A program made the translations under genes and the position numbers. A stretch of DNA of 58,732 nt, filler included, from Porpidia crustulata (taxonomy: Eukaryota): assembly GCA_964255105.1 (NCBI GenBank). It is 6 parts of 6 records of this genome, joined end to end, with 100 filler letters (N's around TTAATTAATTAA, not from the genome) between each part and the next. Parts side by side here need not be neighbours in the genome. Positions count along the whole stretch, not along the records: positions 1 to 9,718 come from CAXUWE010000898.1; positions 9,819 to 19,535 come from CAXUWE010000899.1; 4 more parts are not named here. One strand, 5' to 3'. The notes beneath the pieces are model-generated. The model was not told where the DNA came from and ran no database searches. It saw only the letters and a program-made list of their open reading frames with translations. This document shows positions 1-12,559 of the stretch, piece by piece. How positions within the stretch are numbered: position 1 is the stretch's first letter; each line of letters begins with the position of its first letter.

Positions 1-107
1 GGGTCGGGAGACGAGAGGATCTTTTGCTCGAGACGGGCGAGAACACGACGGAAGTTAATTGCTGTGATGTCGGGGGACTGGAGATCTAGGGAGGTTGTCG
101 GCGGCAT
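1..107 (-). CDS. 5' end of probable USE1-like ER SNARE (truncated by contig start)
   Basis: Manual translation from ATG at 107: MPPTTSLDLQSPDITAINFRRVLARLEQKILSSPDP. Resembles the N-terminal 'INL.RLL.RLE..LLS' pattern of Pezizomycotina USE1-like proteins (recalled, not searched). Confidence 0.5.
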   Translation of the reverse strand, partial: MPPTTSLDLQSPDITAINFRRVLARLEQKILSSPD

Positions 108-3100
108 TTTTGGTGTCTCTTGAATGATTTCTTGAACAGATTCCCTTCCAGCATTCTGGTAACCTTCTGAGCTTAGCTTTCGGGGAGAGCCGGTAAGGCT
201 GGGCGCTAGCCATTAGAAAAAATCCTCAGTAAATCCGCATTTGTCAAAATTCTTCAGTCCTTCGCAATTGACGTGAGGGACCCGCGGAATTTGTATCAGC
301 TGTTATATTTTGCTCCAAGCTTCCCAATTAACATCAGGTATCGAGTCTAGTGATCTACAGAAATGCTCTGTGTTCCTTCCCTCGAGCCATGCCTCCAGTA
401 CCCGACCATTGTAGCAGTTCTTATTTCATTTCCTCTCAATTATTCCTTATGGGACGCACTACCCATTGAGTCCTTCTTGCAGAATTTTGTGGTGCATACT
501 TTTACTTCCGGCCAGATTGCTTTAATGCTTTAATTGTTAAAAATACGAACACACGATCAGAATCTGCAGAAAACAGACTCGACCGTCGACGAAGCGATAC
601 TCGTTTCACTAAGGCAAGCGCTTCAAAAAGTCCGCAGCGTCAGTGGACCAAATGGAACTCACCTTGGACTACAACTTTTTACAGGGCATCGTCAATACTG
701 CGGACTCGGTGTTATTGATACTCAAGCCTGCTCCACAGAGGCCCTGCGATCATGGTGAGTCATTCTTAGGTCTTTCACGGTTACCTCGCGCAAGATTCCA
801 TGATGATTATACCAAAAAGCATAGTTCAACTGATGGTCCGTGGACCAGATGAACGAAGAAAATGTCAACATCTTTCGCTCCTATCTGAGAATTTTCACTT
901 GCCCCCCCACAGAAGTAGTAGTCTTAGCCCACGTGCTTCAAGAGGCTGACGATTATCCACACAGGATGCAGCACAGATAGCTGCCTTCCAGGAAAAGAAA
1001 AGGGTCAACGCGTGGTTGCTCTTAGCCACAAAGTGAACTATTCGCTGGCAAGTGCCTTTCATGCATGGAGTAGTAGCATCTTTTGGCCAGTGAAGCTTAT
1101 TCCCTAGGATAAGCGAAGACACAGCGAATGGCAGATTTGATAGAACACTTGGTGTGGGAGTAGAGGAAGCAGCGGTTGCCTTTACTGTGCTCAACGCCTT
1201 TCGTGCGGAGTTTGTAGCCTCGCTGGAAGAAAAGGCTCATGCAGTAGTGCAGTATTATTGTGCGGAGATTTGTTGCCTTTTCGTACGGATGCTGCAGCTC
1301 TATCACTTGGAAGTTCGTTAGAATCTCAGAGGGAGGGCACCTTGTTGCATTTCGGTGTTTCTGAAAGCGTCAGAAGTTGCGCATTGGAGTACATTGGGAC
1401 GGCGGCAAAGCCTACAGAAAGCTAAATGGAGTCCAAATTGAAGGCTGGTGGAAGCATGATCAGTCTTGGGATGATGGGCTTAACTTAGCAAGTGCGCCAA
1501 ATCACCATGTCATGGGTACCGGCGTGCGCGCAGACTTTCTGGGGCCTTCCAAGTATCAGACACGAAGACGACAACTTTTCTCTCGTTTGTATCAACTGTT
1601 GCTGCTTTCAATTGGCGACGGCCAATAGTTCACGCAGCAGATTGTCCTCTCGCAGCATGGAGTGCATGAGTAGCATGACAAAAACACAGTCCCCTACTCT
1701 CTAGGGGAAGGTGTTGTAACTCGACTCGGAAATCCTTGTTTGATTTTCGACTTAATCGGTAGTATTCCAGTGATCCCCAGTAGAAATTTCCAAAGTTTGT
1801 CTCATCCGCCCGGGACGGAGGACCCGAGCAGCTTCGTCGCAGAACGACTGGCTGCTAAGACTCCGCCTGCTTGGCCGCATGATTGACACGTCAGATCATA
1901 TCCAGATACAGACAAAGTATTGTGTGCCAAAGATGCCAACGTGCAGCTAACCCATGACTATGTTGCACTTCTGTACCTCGAATCATACACCCTTACACTC
2001 CATTCCAACATTTCCCAGATATCCCGCGCTCGAGTGACCCCGCCCGCAGTTTGTTGGCATTCGCTTTAAGTCCCTCTCAATCCCCCCCTCCCTACTCAGT
2101 TTGTTCCTCGTATCTTTCCATCAGTCTGTTTCGTGTGAACTGTTCCACCATCGCTACTATACTTACAAACACAAACAAAATCCCTTCGTTATTAGGAAGC
2201 TTTCTCTTCTACATCTCAAGTTATCTAGAACTTGGATCCACGATAAAGATTCTCCAGAACTTCTATTGTAGGTTCTGTTCCGTTCACTGGAGTATATACA
2301 ATTTTCCACAGCGACCGCTCGGACAAAGTACTGTTCCAGGACAATTGATTATACAGTGTGTCACTGCAAACCGCATACAGCTGTAAAGACTTGGAGCGTC
2401 CGCTTCAGCTTTTGGAATATACAATGAGGTATTACCCTTTTCCCTGCAGCATGCCGTAGTAGTTGTTTCCTTTCGTCTTTCTCTTTTCGTCAAATCTTTT
2501 TCTGCCATCCGCAGTGGAATTTCCGGACTTTATCTGGAATCAGGCCTTATGGAGAACCCCACAGGACTACTGGATACAATATGTGCTCCATGCATTAGGG
2601 TAATTCTCGACATCCAGACAGATGTTAGAGTACGGCCAACAGCCAATCCTGACCGGCTCGCAAATGGTGTTACGAAAGTATGAACAATGGAATTCCTTGG
2701 CTATAATGTCTCAATAATAGACACTAATTATAGCACTGTCCTTGGCTCAATGGCGCTGTACTTCTAGCTTGTCATCCATTACTGGATTCGAGACCTGGTA
2801 TTACTGTGCTCTATTGTAGCCCGATATACACAAACTCAATGGTCCTTCGTGATGTATACCACAGAGGCTCAAATGAGCAAGATCCGTTTGTTGGCTGCCG
2901 CCTTGTTGGGTTCTGGGCTTCGATTTCAGAATCTTTCGTGTTGTGAGAGCTTTCCATTTCGGATACGTCAGGTCTGCGTTTTGTCAGAGATGCTTGCAAT
3001 AGGCATCTTTCAAATGCGACCGCTGGAGACCTTGTTTTCGGGATATTCTCCCGGCGTGCAATTAGCCTAGCCCTTCTCCATGGCCTGCGACAATCATCCG

Positions 3101-3654
3101 GAGCTTGTTGAAAATACCGCACCGCAATTGGAGCTTTCAAGATGAGGACATGGCCGAGCATGGAACCAAGCACACCGGATCGACAATTCATGTACCCTGA
3201 GCTACTGTAGATGATCTCTATCACCGCAATTTCTTCGGTCGCTGTCTAGATATAGTCATGCCAAATAGAGCAGGCTATTCTTACTTGACTACCTCCGGTA
3301 CTATGGAAACTCTATCTGGATTTATGGCTATTCTATTATCCCTTTGAGATGAACAAACACTGCTGCAGTGGTGGATCCGCTGAGATCAATGATCATGTAC
3401 CTGGCCCAGGTCTCTGGAATGTTGCTCATACCCTGGAATACCTATGGTGTGTATTTGAGAGTGTTTGAGCTACGTACTTCTATGCTAACTATATGGCCTG
3501 ACAGGATTTTCTTTGAGCTTCTATTTGTAATTGTTTTTTGCGCAGCACAGAGCTTTATCATACAATTATCGTGAACTTCTACCATTTGCAAACACTGACC
3601 AATGACCCTAGCTTTTGTAAGAGTTCTGCATCTGCCAGCCAAAGTCAACCAAGG

Positions 3655-5608
3655 ATGGCCGTCAAGAAGAACAGCCCGTTCGCAGGAGGCCTAAGCAGCG
3701 CTGAGAAACCGGAGAGGAAGAGTCTGAAGACCAAGGATCTTTCCAGAAGACATGACGCTTCTGATTTACCCGCTGGATCTTTCGATGATGAGCAGCTTTT
3801 GTTCAAGAATAGTGCATCCATGATATGTTCGGACCAGAGAACGTTATTCAATGATCCGGCGCAAGTCCGTCAATGGGCTGTAAATAGTGCCACTGGGTCG
3901 AGTGCGTCCGCGGACATGACAGGTTATGTCCACTACAGCGCCAGCTACGGGATTGATCAGTCTATGACTACAGTATCACCACCAATGCCAGGATGTGTTT
4001 CCGTTTTGCGTCCAGATACTTCTCGCGTTTCTTTTCCGCATGTGCCTCACGTGCCAGAATCCAATGGAGCCGAACTTAAGTATGATGCCTTTTCTCCAAT
4101 CGGTGCTGGTAACGCTACCTCTCCATTGGATTCTGGACTTGGTTTTCTTCCATTTCAAGACATAGATAACAATCTGGGCGCCATGGACGAACAATTTTCT
4201 CCTGAATTTTGGCAATTCTCGAGTCCAACCGCTGATGAGAACCTATTCTCGAACCAAGTAGCTCCAAGCTTATCAGCAATGGAAGGTCGCAACGACAATT
4301 CTGGCTACCACTCAGGATGGTCTTTGGCACCCATTCAAACAGGCGATGAGATGCTCAATACTGTTGCACCATGCCCTGCTTACCCAACGGCCTGTTCTCC
4401 TTTGTCTGCAGTTGATCCATCTATTTCCTCTTCCTTCTCGCATAGTAGTTTCCTGGGCCCACAACCAAACACCCCAATATCGCCAGTATTTCAGGAAGGT
4501 AATTGGTTGGCTGAACAAACTGGAGCTCTGGAAGAAAATGCCATGTTCCCGGCCTTCACCATCGGTGAGAGTATGGAAAGAGCGTTTTCTTCGGATCGTG
4601 CCAACGAACAGATCGAAAATCTGAGGTTAGTCGGAGACATTGTAGGAGGTGTAAGGTATCTAACATTACCCACAGTACATTGAAGGCTCCACGGCCTTTT
4701 CAGCGCGCACCTCTCTCCAATATTGAGATGTGGCCTCAGGCTGAGGTCGCGAATCAGGAATCCATGTCTTCTCCGTTCATAGAAATGTCCTGCCAGCGGA
4801 GGTCCAGTGAAGGTGAAGCCACAACAGCACGCGAGCATCCACTATACCAGGTTGGCCCCTCCAAGGACGGCATGTACCACTGCCCGTTTGCCGGCAAGGA
4901 AGATTGTTCACACAAGCCAGAGAAGCTAAAATGCAATTACGAGTGAGAATTCTAATTTTACACATCCCTGCGGAATTACTAATCGTGAACATTAGCAAAC
5001 ATCTGGATTCTCACCTCAAGCCCTACCGGTGTAAGGTATCCGCTTGTGTCGCCGTACCGTTCTCATCGACAGCTTGCCTTTTACGCCATGAAAGGGAAGC
5101 CCACGGTATGCATGGTCATGGAGAAAAGCCCCATCTATGTTGGTTCCAGGATTGCGACCGATCCATCTCTGGAAATGGTTTTCCCCGCCGATGGAACCTG
5201 TTTGACCACATGAAAAGGGTTCATGATCATACTGGACACGGTTCATCCATCGAGAGCACTTCACCGTCGCCTTCCTCGGCAAGCTCTCACTATCAAGCTT
5301 TGCCATTACGCAAGCGTAGACCATCGAGCCCTCCCCAGACAGAGCCAATGAAACGGACCAAATCAAATAACGGGACCAAGTCTCTGGCCAAGGCAAGTAG
5401 TTCTATAATTTCGACTAACTCCCCGGGAAATCAGCATTCAATGCAGAAGCTGTGGCTCGAGCAGAAAGCAGCAATCAAAGCTCGCCTGGATTCTTTGGAT
5501 CCTCATGATGCCCATGCGTCAGAACAAATCAACGCAGAATGTGCTCGACTGCAAAGCATAGGATTAACCATTCGTCACCGGGAGACTGGCCAGCTTGTTC
5601 ATGCGTGA
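3655..5608 (+). CDS. C2H2 zinc-finger transcription factor (3 exons)
   Basis: Introns 4626-4675 and 4943-4995 (GT...CTAAC/CTAAT...AG) join three ORFs in frame. Fingers: YHCPF..EDCSHK...NYDKHLDSHLKPYRCK..AC...FSSTACLLRHEREAH and LCWFQDC...WNLFDHMKRVH. Start codon uncertain. Confidence 0.85.
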
Positions 5609-8221
5609 ATTGACGTATGCTTTGGTATTCTGGAATGCAATGTGATCTGTGCGTGATGATACAGAATTTCTTGATACAGCAGAAATCTACAGATGGAAGC
5701 CGCAGTTCACAGTCTGCGCATCATGACATCCGTCATGGTCTCTTTTCCTTATTGGTTTTCCGTTGTGCTGGAGCCCAGGGGAAATCTGAATTGCGCCATC
5801 GTTTTGGAACGAACTCTTATTTTGGAGACCCATTGGAAACGGAACTCCCGCCAGGAAGTAGCTTTCTAGGTTGTTTCCTTACAGCCGATCAACGTTGTTG
5901 CAAGGGAGGATTTTGCTTGTTTCATGATCATGACAGTGTGACCAACGTATCTTTGTCTTGATGCAACGTATCGATGTTTGTCTGGTGGATTTCTGTTTGC
6001 AAGTATTGTCCATACGCCTTTGGGGATTCTGTAGGACCTTGTGACTGTACCGTATTGGCCTTTTGATATAAAATTAGTAGGGTGGCTGTCTGATCTTATT
6101 CGGTAGGCAGCTCTGCTCTGTGCGAGAATGGGGCAGCAAAAAGGTCGGTGGTATAGTCATTTGGAAGGTCGTCAACATAGCATCGTTCTCAAAAAAATAC
6201 ACATACTGGACAAAATAGCTATCTCTTAACACCACAAGGCAGCAAGCCGACATCAGTAGACAGATTACAGTCCTTGTCATTTTTAGCAATCGCTGACGGG
6301 AACATACACATCAACGAATAAACATTACGGGTAAAACGTATTGGCCAACATGACATACCCTTTCATCTCAAGGTTATGTATATTCTCTAAAACGCAGTCT
6401 CTCTCGTCTCCATTTCTTACGTCTCAGACTTAGATTGTATGATCCGTCGACGTTTCTCACGCATCTATAATCAACACTCTTCCCCTATCTATAGCCAATA
6501 TTACGGCTGACCAACGGTATTTGATAATCTCCTCATCTGGCACGATCGCGGGATCTCGGGGTCCTCATTTCATTAACTATCCCAGTCTTTCGATTAGACA
6601 ATTCTTCATTCTTCCCAAACTACTACTTAGAGCGTACCGAGTTTCTGACCATCGCTGAAGCCAATAGTTTGGACTTTAATTGAGATCAGACTGCTCGGTT
6701 GGTGAACCAAAAGCAAATGTCACCGCTCGAAATGTCTTTAAAGAGAATTCCAATGTAAATGGAAAGATTAAGAGAAAAGGAGCGTTCCGGGTAATGCCAC
6801 GGGATCAAGACCGACTCAAGGTCTACAATAAAAAAAGCATACCCAGTCCCTTGTTGATATAATGTGAGTCGAACTATGCACGAGCATTCGTTGGCTATTG
6901 AGAACCATGCGACCATCGAGAAGGACCTTTGTATCAAATAGATACGAATGCCGAAAGAAGGCTTTGGATGAGTTCCGCCTAGTGCTGAATCCTTTGGTCC
7001 GGCGTCATCCTCAAGCCTCGCGCCGGTTGCAAGAAAATCTTTACATGAGGAATCGCAAGAGACTAGCGTAAAGCAACGAGCCCGGTGAATCACAGCCGGC
7101 TTCATGAGCCTAGAATATGTCAATGACCAACTAAATAAATACTGAATACTTTTCCCCTGAGTTCAGGACAACATGGATCTCCGACTAACTACCACCAGAC
7201 TAAGGAGCAGCTTCTCGACAATATGCATCGTGAAAACACAGCTAAGAAGATAGATGTATTATCTTGCAGAGCTTACTCGGCGGAATTAAGAGCCTGGCAA
7301 CCAACAGGCAATTCTGATACTCCGGTCCGAAGTCGACTTTCTCCGTTACAACAGCCACACGTTGCACATGTATAATGATCATCCCGTTTCTTCCACCTGC
7401 ACGCTCTGCTCACTGTCGCCGCTGATTGATGATTCGCTTCATTGACCTGCCCGAATATGTAGGTGAGTGAGATACTGGGTGGGTGGTTTAATTGACTGGG
7501 ATCAGAATGACCATCGATTTGGTATTGACTTCTGTGATCTTTGCTCGTTCTGCTGTAACTAATATTTAGGTAGTTCACTGTCCCGTGTGACTACTAATAA
7601 CCCTTTCTGCCAATCATCCCAGGTAACGACCGCGACTTGTAAAACTTCATAAAAACGCTAGAATGTTCTAAGGACCATCTCATTCATGGGGAGTAAGAGC
7701 ACAGCGCGACTGATCGCCGTCCCTCCTTCCTTCGTAATACTTGATCACTTGCGCTTCCACCTAATTTCCCGTTACTGTGCTGAACGGCGGGAAGTGGCGT
7801 AGACTGGAAGACGTGTTGTCTGGCTCTTGGGTACTACTCATGTCATCTTCCGAGCTGAAAGCCTTTGTTGCGGGAGTCACCCGTAATAGCAAACAAGTTC
7901 ATGGAACGTTGATGTGACGTTTAATACGAGCTGTGGGCGTGATACCACGTTCTGCTTTCAAGCTGAGTAGTATTATATCTCGGTTGTAGGCTTGTATTTT
8001 TCTTGACGAGTCTTTGATCAATGGATTGGGAAGGTTTGGAGCCCTAGTTATTACTAGAATAGATATCGCCGGTCTCGGATGTCGGCGAGTCAAATCCGAC
8101 GTAAGCGCCAGCCAATCGCCTGCTTGAATCAGTGCCTTCGTACATTGATCGCCCAGGCTGCCCAGCATAATTATATGTGCATGGATTGTCCAGCGCTACG
8201 ACCTGATCAATCCTCTTCATC

Positions 8222-9718
8222 ATGGCTGAGGCACCCATTGGTATGCAGATATCTCGAACCAGAGTTCTGGGCGATTGCTAATTGTTTCCAGTCCTCGATG
8301 GAGGGACTGGGTTCCTCAAAGTTGGGTATGCTGCGCAGGTAACCAATTGTTATTCCACAGGCATAGGAATTAGCTAATGTATGTCTCTGTCAACAGAATT
8401 TCCCGGAGCATCAATATCCTTCCATCGTTGGCCGACCAATCTTGCGTTCCGAGGAGCAGGCTGGGGACATTGTGGTTAAGGATATCATGTGTGGGGACGA
8501 AGCTGCAGCAGCTCGATCGATGCTACAAATAACGTACCCGGTACGAGATCAGGGGCAACTACGCTGGCAATCTAATCCACAAGCTGATACTGGTATGCCT
8601 AGATGGAAAATGGCATAGTCAAACGATGGGATGATATGGAACACCTATGGAATTATACGTTTGACGAGAAAATGAAGATAGATACCACGGGGCGCAAGAT
8701 ACTCTTGACGGAGCCTCCGATGAACCCTTTGAAAAATCGAGAGCAGATGTGTAGCGTCATGTTTGAGAAGTACAATTTTGGAGGGGTCTACGTTGCTATT
8801 CAAGCTGTGTTGGCCCTCTATGCACAAGGTATACCACGTCATAAACTTGGATAGCAAGAGACCGAACTGACTATGCACGTTCAGGTCTGAGTAGCGGCGT
8901 AGTAGTCGACTCTGGCGATGGTGTCACCCATATCGTTCCTGTCTACGAATCCACAGTTCTCAATCACCTCACACGGCGGCTGGATGTCGCAGGTCGCGAC
9001 GTTACGAGGAACCTTATTGCTTTGCTACTACGAAGAGGCTACGCATTGAATCGAACGGCCGACTTTGAGACCGTCCGACAAATCAAGGAGAAGCTATGCT
9101 ACGTCTCATATGATCTCGAGCTCGACCAGCGGCTCAGCGAAGACACAACGGTGCTGGTGGAATCATACACTTTACCCGACGGCCGAGTGATACGGGTCGG
9201 GAGCGAGCGATTCGAGGCACCCGAGTGTCTGTTTCAACCGCATCTGGTAGATGTCGAACAACCTGGGATTGCGGAGTTCCTCTTCAACACCATACAAGCG
9301 GCCGATGTTGATGTCAGGACGAGCTTATACAAAGCGATTGTGCTCAGTGGTGGCAGCAGCATGTATCCAGGGCTACCGTCGAGGTTAGAAAAGGAAATCA
9401 AGCAGTTGTGGTTGACGAAGGTGCTACAAGGGAACCCTGAGAGATTAAACGTAAGCCAAATATCTCCGATTGCATTGATGTCACTGACAGCCAGGCGCAG
9501 AAATTCAAAGTCAGGATAGAAGATCCGCCTCGGCGAAGGCACATGGTGTTTCTAGGTGGTGCGGTGCTCGCGAATATTGTATGCTCAAACCTCCCCAAAG
9601 ACCCAATTAATAATCTTACTAACGACCTTCCAGATGGCGGATAAAGAGAACATGTGGATCACGAAGCAAGAATGGGAAGAACAAGGACCGCGGGTGCTGG
9701 AGAAACTAGGGCCCAGAT
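8222..9718 (+). CDS. ARP2: Actin-related protein 2 (7 exons; stop codon cut by contig end)
   Basis: Spliced [36 protein letters not shown]...[14 protein letters not shown]...[10 protein letters not shown]...[21 protein letters not shown]. Introns 8241-8291, 8339-8396, 8541-8602, 8829-8884, 9451-9500, 9579-9633. Confidence 0.97.
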
Positions 9719-9818
9719 NNNNNNNNNNNNNNNNNNNNNNNNNNNNNNNNNNNNNNNNNNNNTTAATTAATTAANNNNNNNNNNNNNNNNNNNNNNNNNN
9801 NNNNNNNNNNNNNNNNNN
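9719..9818. other. Artificial contig spacer N44-TTAATTAATTAA-N44
   Basis: 100-nt spacer with a six-frame stop cassette, identical at five places. Confidence 0.99.
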
Positions 9819-10971
9819 TCCCTCACCTCTTCAAAATCCACCCATTTGGCATCCTCGAGCTCCGGATCGTGCTTCAAGTGAATCTCCTCACCGCCGGGGA
9901 TCGTCTGCGCGATGGCGCCAATCATGAGGTTAGCGGGGTACGGCCAGGGCTGGGTAGAATGGATGACGACGCGGCCGAGCGCGACGCCGGATTCCTCCCA
10001 GACCTCGCGGCGGACGGCCTCCTCGACGGATTCGGCGGGTTCGACGAAGCCGGCGAGGGTCGAATACCAGTGCGGGGGCCAGCGTTTCTGGCGGCCCAGC
10101 AGGATGCGGTGGGAATCGTGGGACACGACGGCCATGATGACGGTGGGATCGGTGCGCGGGAAGCAGAGATTCGAAATGCCCTTGCGCGTCGCGCAGTCAG
10201 GGCGCTCCTTTGCGGGTGTGGCGCTGGAGGAAGTGGAGCCAATGACTGTCGGGAGGGAGGCGAGGTCCTTGGGGGGGCAGGTGCGTTTCGTGCCGGCGTT
10301 GATGGAAAGGGTCGGTTGCCCACATTGGGCGCAGAAGGGGTTGCGGGCGTTCCAGTCAAGTAGGGCGCGAGCTTGGGCGTAGATGGCGGCTTGGTGGGCA
10401 GGAAGGGACATATGCATACGACCTTCGACGAATTTGAGGCCGCGGGAACCGGTTTCTTGAATCAGGGTATCTGCAGCGGTGGAGATGGTACCTCTAGGAG
10501 TGACGTCGAGGGCAAAGTAGGGGGCGCCTTTATAAATTGTCCACTCTAGGGCTTGTTTGTTTCGCTCGTCCAGGCCTAGGAATAGCAGTTGGGGGATGGT
10601 GATTGTGGAGTTATAGGATGCGATTAACTCGTCTTCAGTCTTCAAGTACGGGTCATCGCCAATCAGGGGCTGGACGTCTTTGTAGGACACATATTCTAGT
10701 TTCGTAGGGTCTTTTACTAGGGGATTAAGATTGTTGAATAACAAGAATGACGTCGAAGGGTGTTTCAAGGCAGCGGAGAGAAAGGAATGATCCGTTCGTA
10801 GAAAGGAGACTCGATTAAGCGGTGAACCTATTTCATTTAGGGTACTGAGGCAATGTCAATGGCGCAAAGGGACGCACCGGAGAAGTAATTGGCAACTTCT
10901 TTGCCGAACTTGCGGCTAAGCATAGAGTCGAGTTCTGGGTGCGCAGCTTCGGGTAGATCCGGTTGCGGCAT
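9819..10971 (-). CDS. NPY1: NADH pyrophosphatase / NAD-cap decapping Nudix hydrolase (NudC family), 3' truncated
   Basis: MPQPDLPEAAHPELDSMLSRKFGKEVANYFSG, intron 10877-10828, then FCAQCG, FPRTDP, Nudix box GFVEPAESVEEAVRREVWEESG and TQPWPYP motif. Confidence 0.93.
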
Positions 10972-11319
10972 GGTTCATGTGCGATGACTCCTCACGACGC
11001 TGTCTTGGGGTAGCCACGGGCAAAGAAACAAAGTGAAAAGTAGAGAGGCGAGATAGAAATGTGCGGGCCAAGGGACATAGTTGATAACCGCAGTGATATG
11101 TAAGCAATGCGGAGCCGCTAGTCGGAGATCTTCCGCCGAGCTATCCTTTGTCCGTAGTTAAAGCTCAACAGTGAGCCTCTCGTGCCTCTCAAGCATGGCG
11201 CCTAGGGAGAAACCTCATAAGAAACTCCGGGGTCACAACAAATGCTCAAAATGACGAGCATGAGAGGAAAGGATTGGAGCTTTGAGGTCATCTTCGACCA
11301 CGAAACGCGGATAAATACG

Positions 11320-12191
11320 TTATTTCAAGATCGGCGAAGCTCCGGCAGCCTTGGGCCTGCCTTGCCCAACCACCGTGTTCTGATTCGCGCTTTTTCCTTT
11401 CAGCGTTGGCATGTCGAATGCCCTACTTTTCCCACCTTGCATACCCTTCCACCGTCCGAATCCATGACCTTCTTCCATGGTCCAGGCCAGCGCTCCAACC
11501 CACGGCTGCACATTCCACCCTACCTCGAGCGTGACATTCTCCCGTGAGGCTAATTTGCCGCTAATGTCCGTGATCTGATATTTGGGTTTGGCATTCTTCA
11601 GCTTGATGATACCCGGTGTCGGATCCTCTTTTTTAGGAGACAGGACTGATCCTGATTTGCCTGTGGTTGAGAAAATCTCCTCAAACAGGTTGAAGGGAGT
11701 AAAAGGGTGTGTTTGGCTGTAGGATTTGATGATGGAGTCCCAAATGATAGCCTGAGAAGGTGGCGAAGTAGGGGACGAGGTGGACGAAGGATATGTTGCT
11801 AGAACCCAGACAAACAGCTGCTTGGTATTCCAATTGAAGAGAGACGTGAAATCTATGGGTCATTTAGTGGTTAAGCTCAAGGACTAAAGCAGTATTGCAG
11901 TTCCCAGGGACCAACCAGCGTCAAGATCGAATCTAATGTGCGCATACTCTTCTTTCTTGGGTGAGTAGTAATGTGGACGCCCTTTCACTCTGTACGAAAA
12001 TTATCAGTATCTACCCAGATAAACAGTTTTCTTGAGAAAGCAGCGTACACCTGTACATTTCGCAACTCAACGCTCGCAAGCGGAGTTTGCGGGGACACGA
12101 GCACGGAGAGAGCAGTCAAAACAGCTAAGCAGAACGCGATAGTGGTAAAGAACCCAAACACGTTCTGCGCTCTTACTAACGTCGAATGCAT
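11320..12191 (-). CDS. SPC3: Signal peptidase complex subunit 3 (SPC22/23 family)
   Basis: MHSTLVRAQNVFGFFTTIAF...KEEYAHIRFDLDADFTSLFNWNTKQLFVWV...KYQITD...GWNVQPWVG. Introns 12048-11990 and 11915-11853. Confidence 0.93.
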
Positions 12192-12559
12192 TTTGCGGTG
12201 TGGGTAGCTTGCCAATTTGCGACGGCGACGTTGCAATTCGGCAAAGGAGTCAGTGCTCATAGGTCTTTCAATACAGTTCTACACTAGTGTAGTGGTTTTA
12301 GATTTCAGTATTTGATACGCCACAGTAAGCTCATTTATCCTTGTAACAAGTCATTACATCCTTTCACAGAGGCCTCCTCATCATTGTGCTGCAATGACTT
12401 ATTGCCCCTGTGGTTAAGGGTAAAGGGTAAAAACTCCACATCATCCTAAACATGAGCACATCTTTCTTTGCAGTTGTCAATTCTCATAGCATGAGCTATC
12501 TCGGTGTTCATTCCTTCCATGTACCTCAAGGCGTCCGCCAATCGAAGGTCTATAGACGC

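Noticed and set aside
534..1704. Short ORFs and a GTGAGT intron-like signal near 755-849
   Set aside because: No coherent spliced frame or recognisable protein; may be a non-coding transcript.
5617..8168. ORFs of 60-145 aa between the C2H2 gene and ARP2
   Set aside because: No motifs and mostly non-ATG starts; consistent with chance ORFs.
9763..9774. TTAATTAATTAA repeated every 9.8 kb as a biological repeat or target-site duplication
   Set aside because: Always centred in exactly 44+44 N; it is a synthetic six-frame stop linker.
9869..10382. Overlapping antisense ORFs in NPY1 (also 23090-23791 and 55119-55712)
   Set aside because: Shadow ORFs produced by GC-rich codon usage of the real genes.
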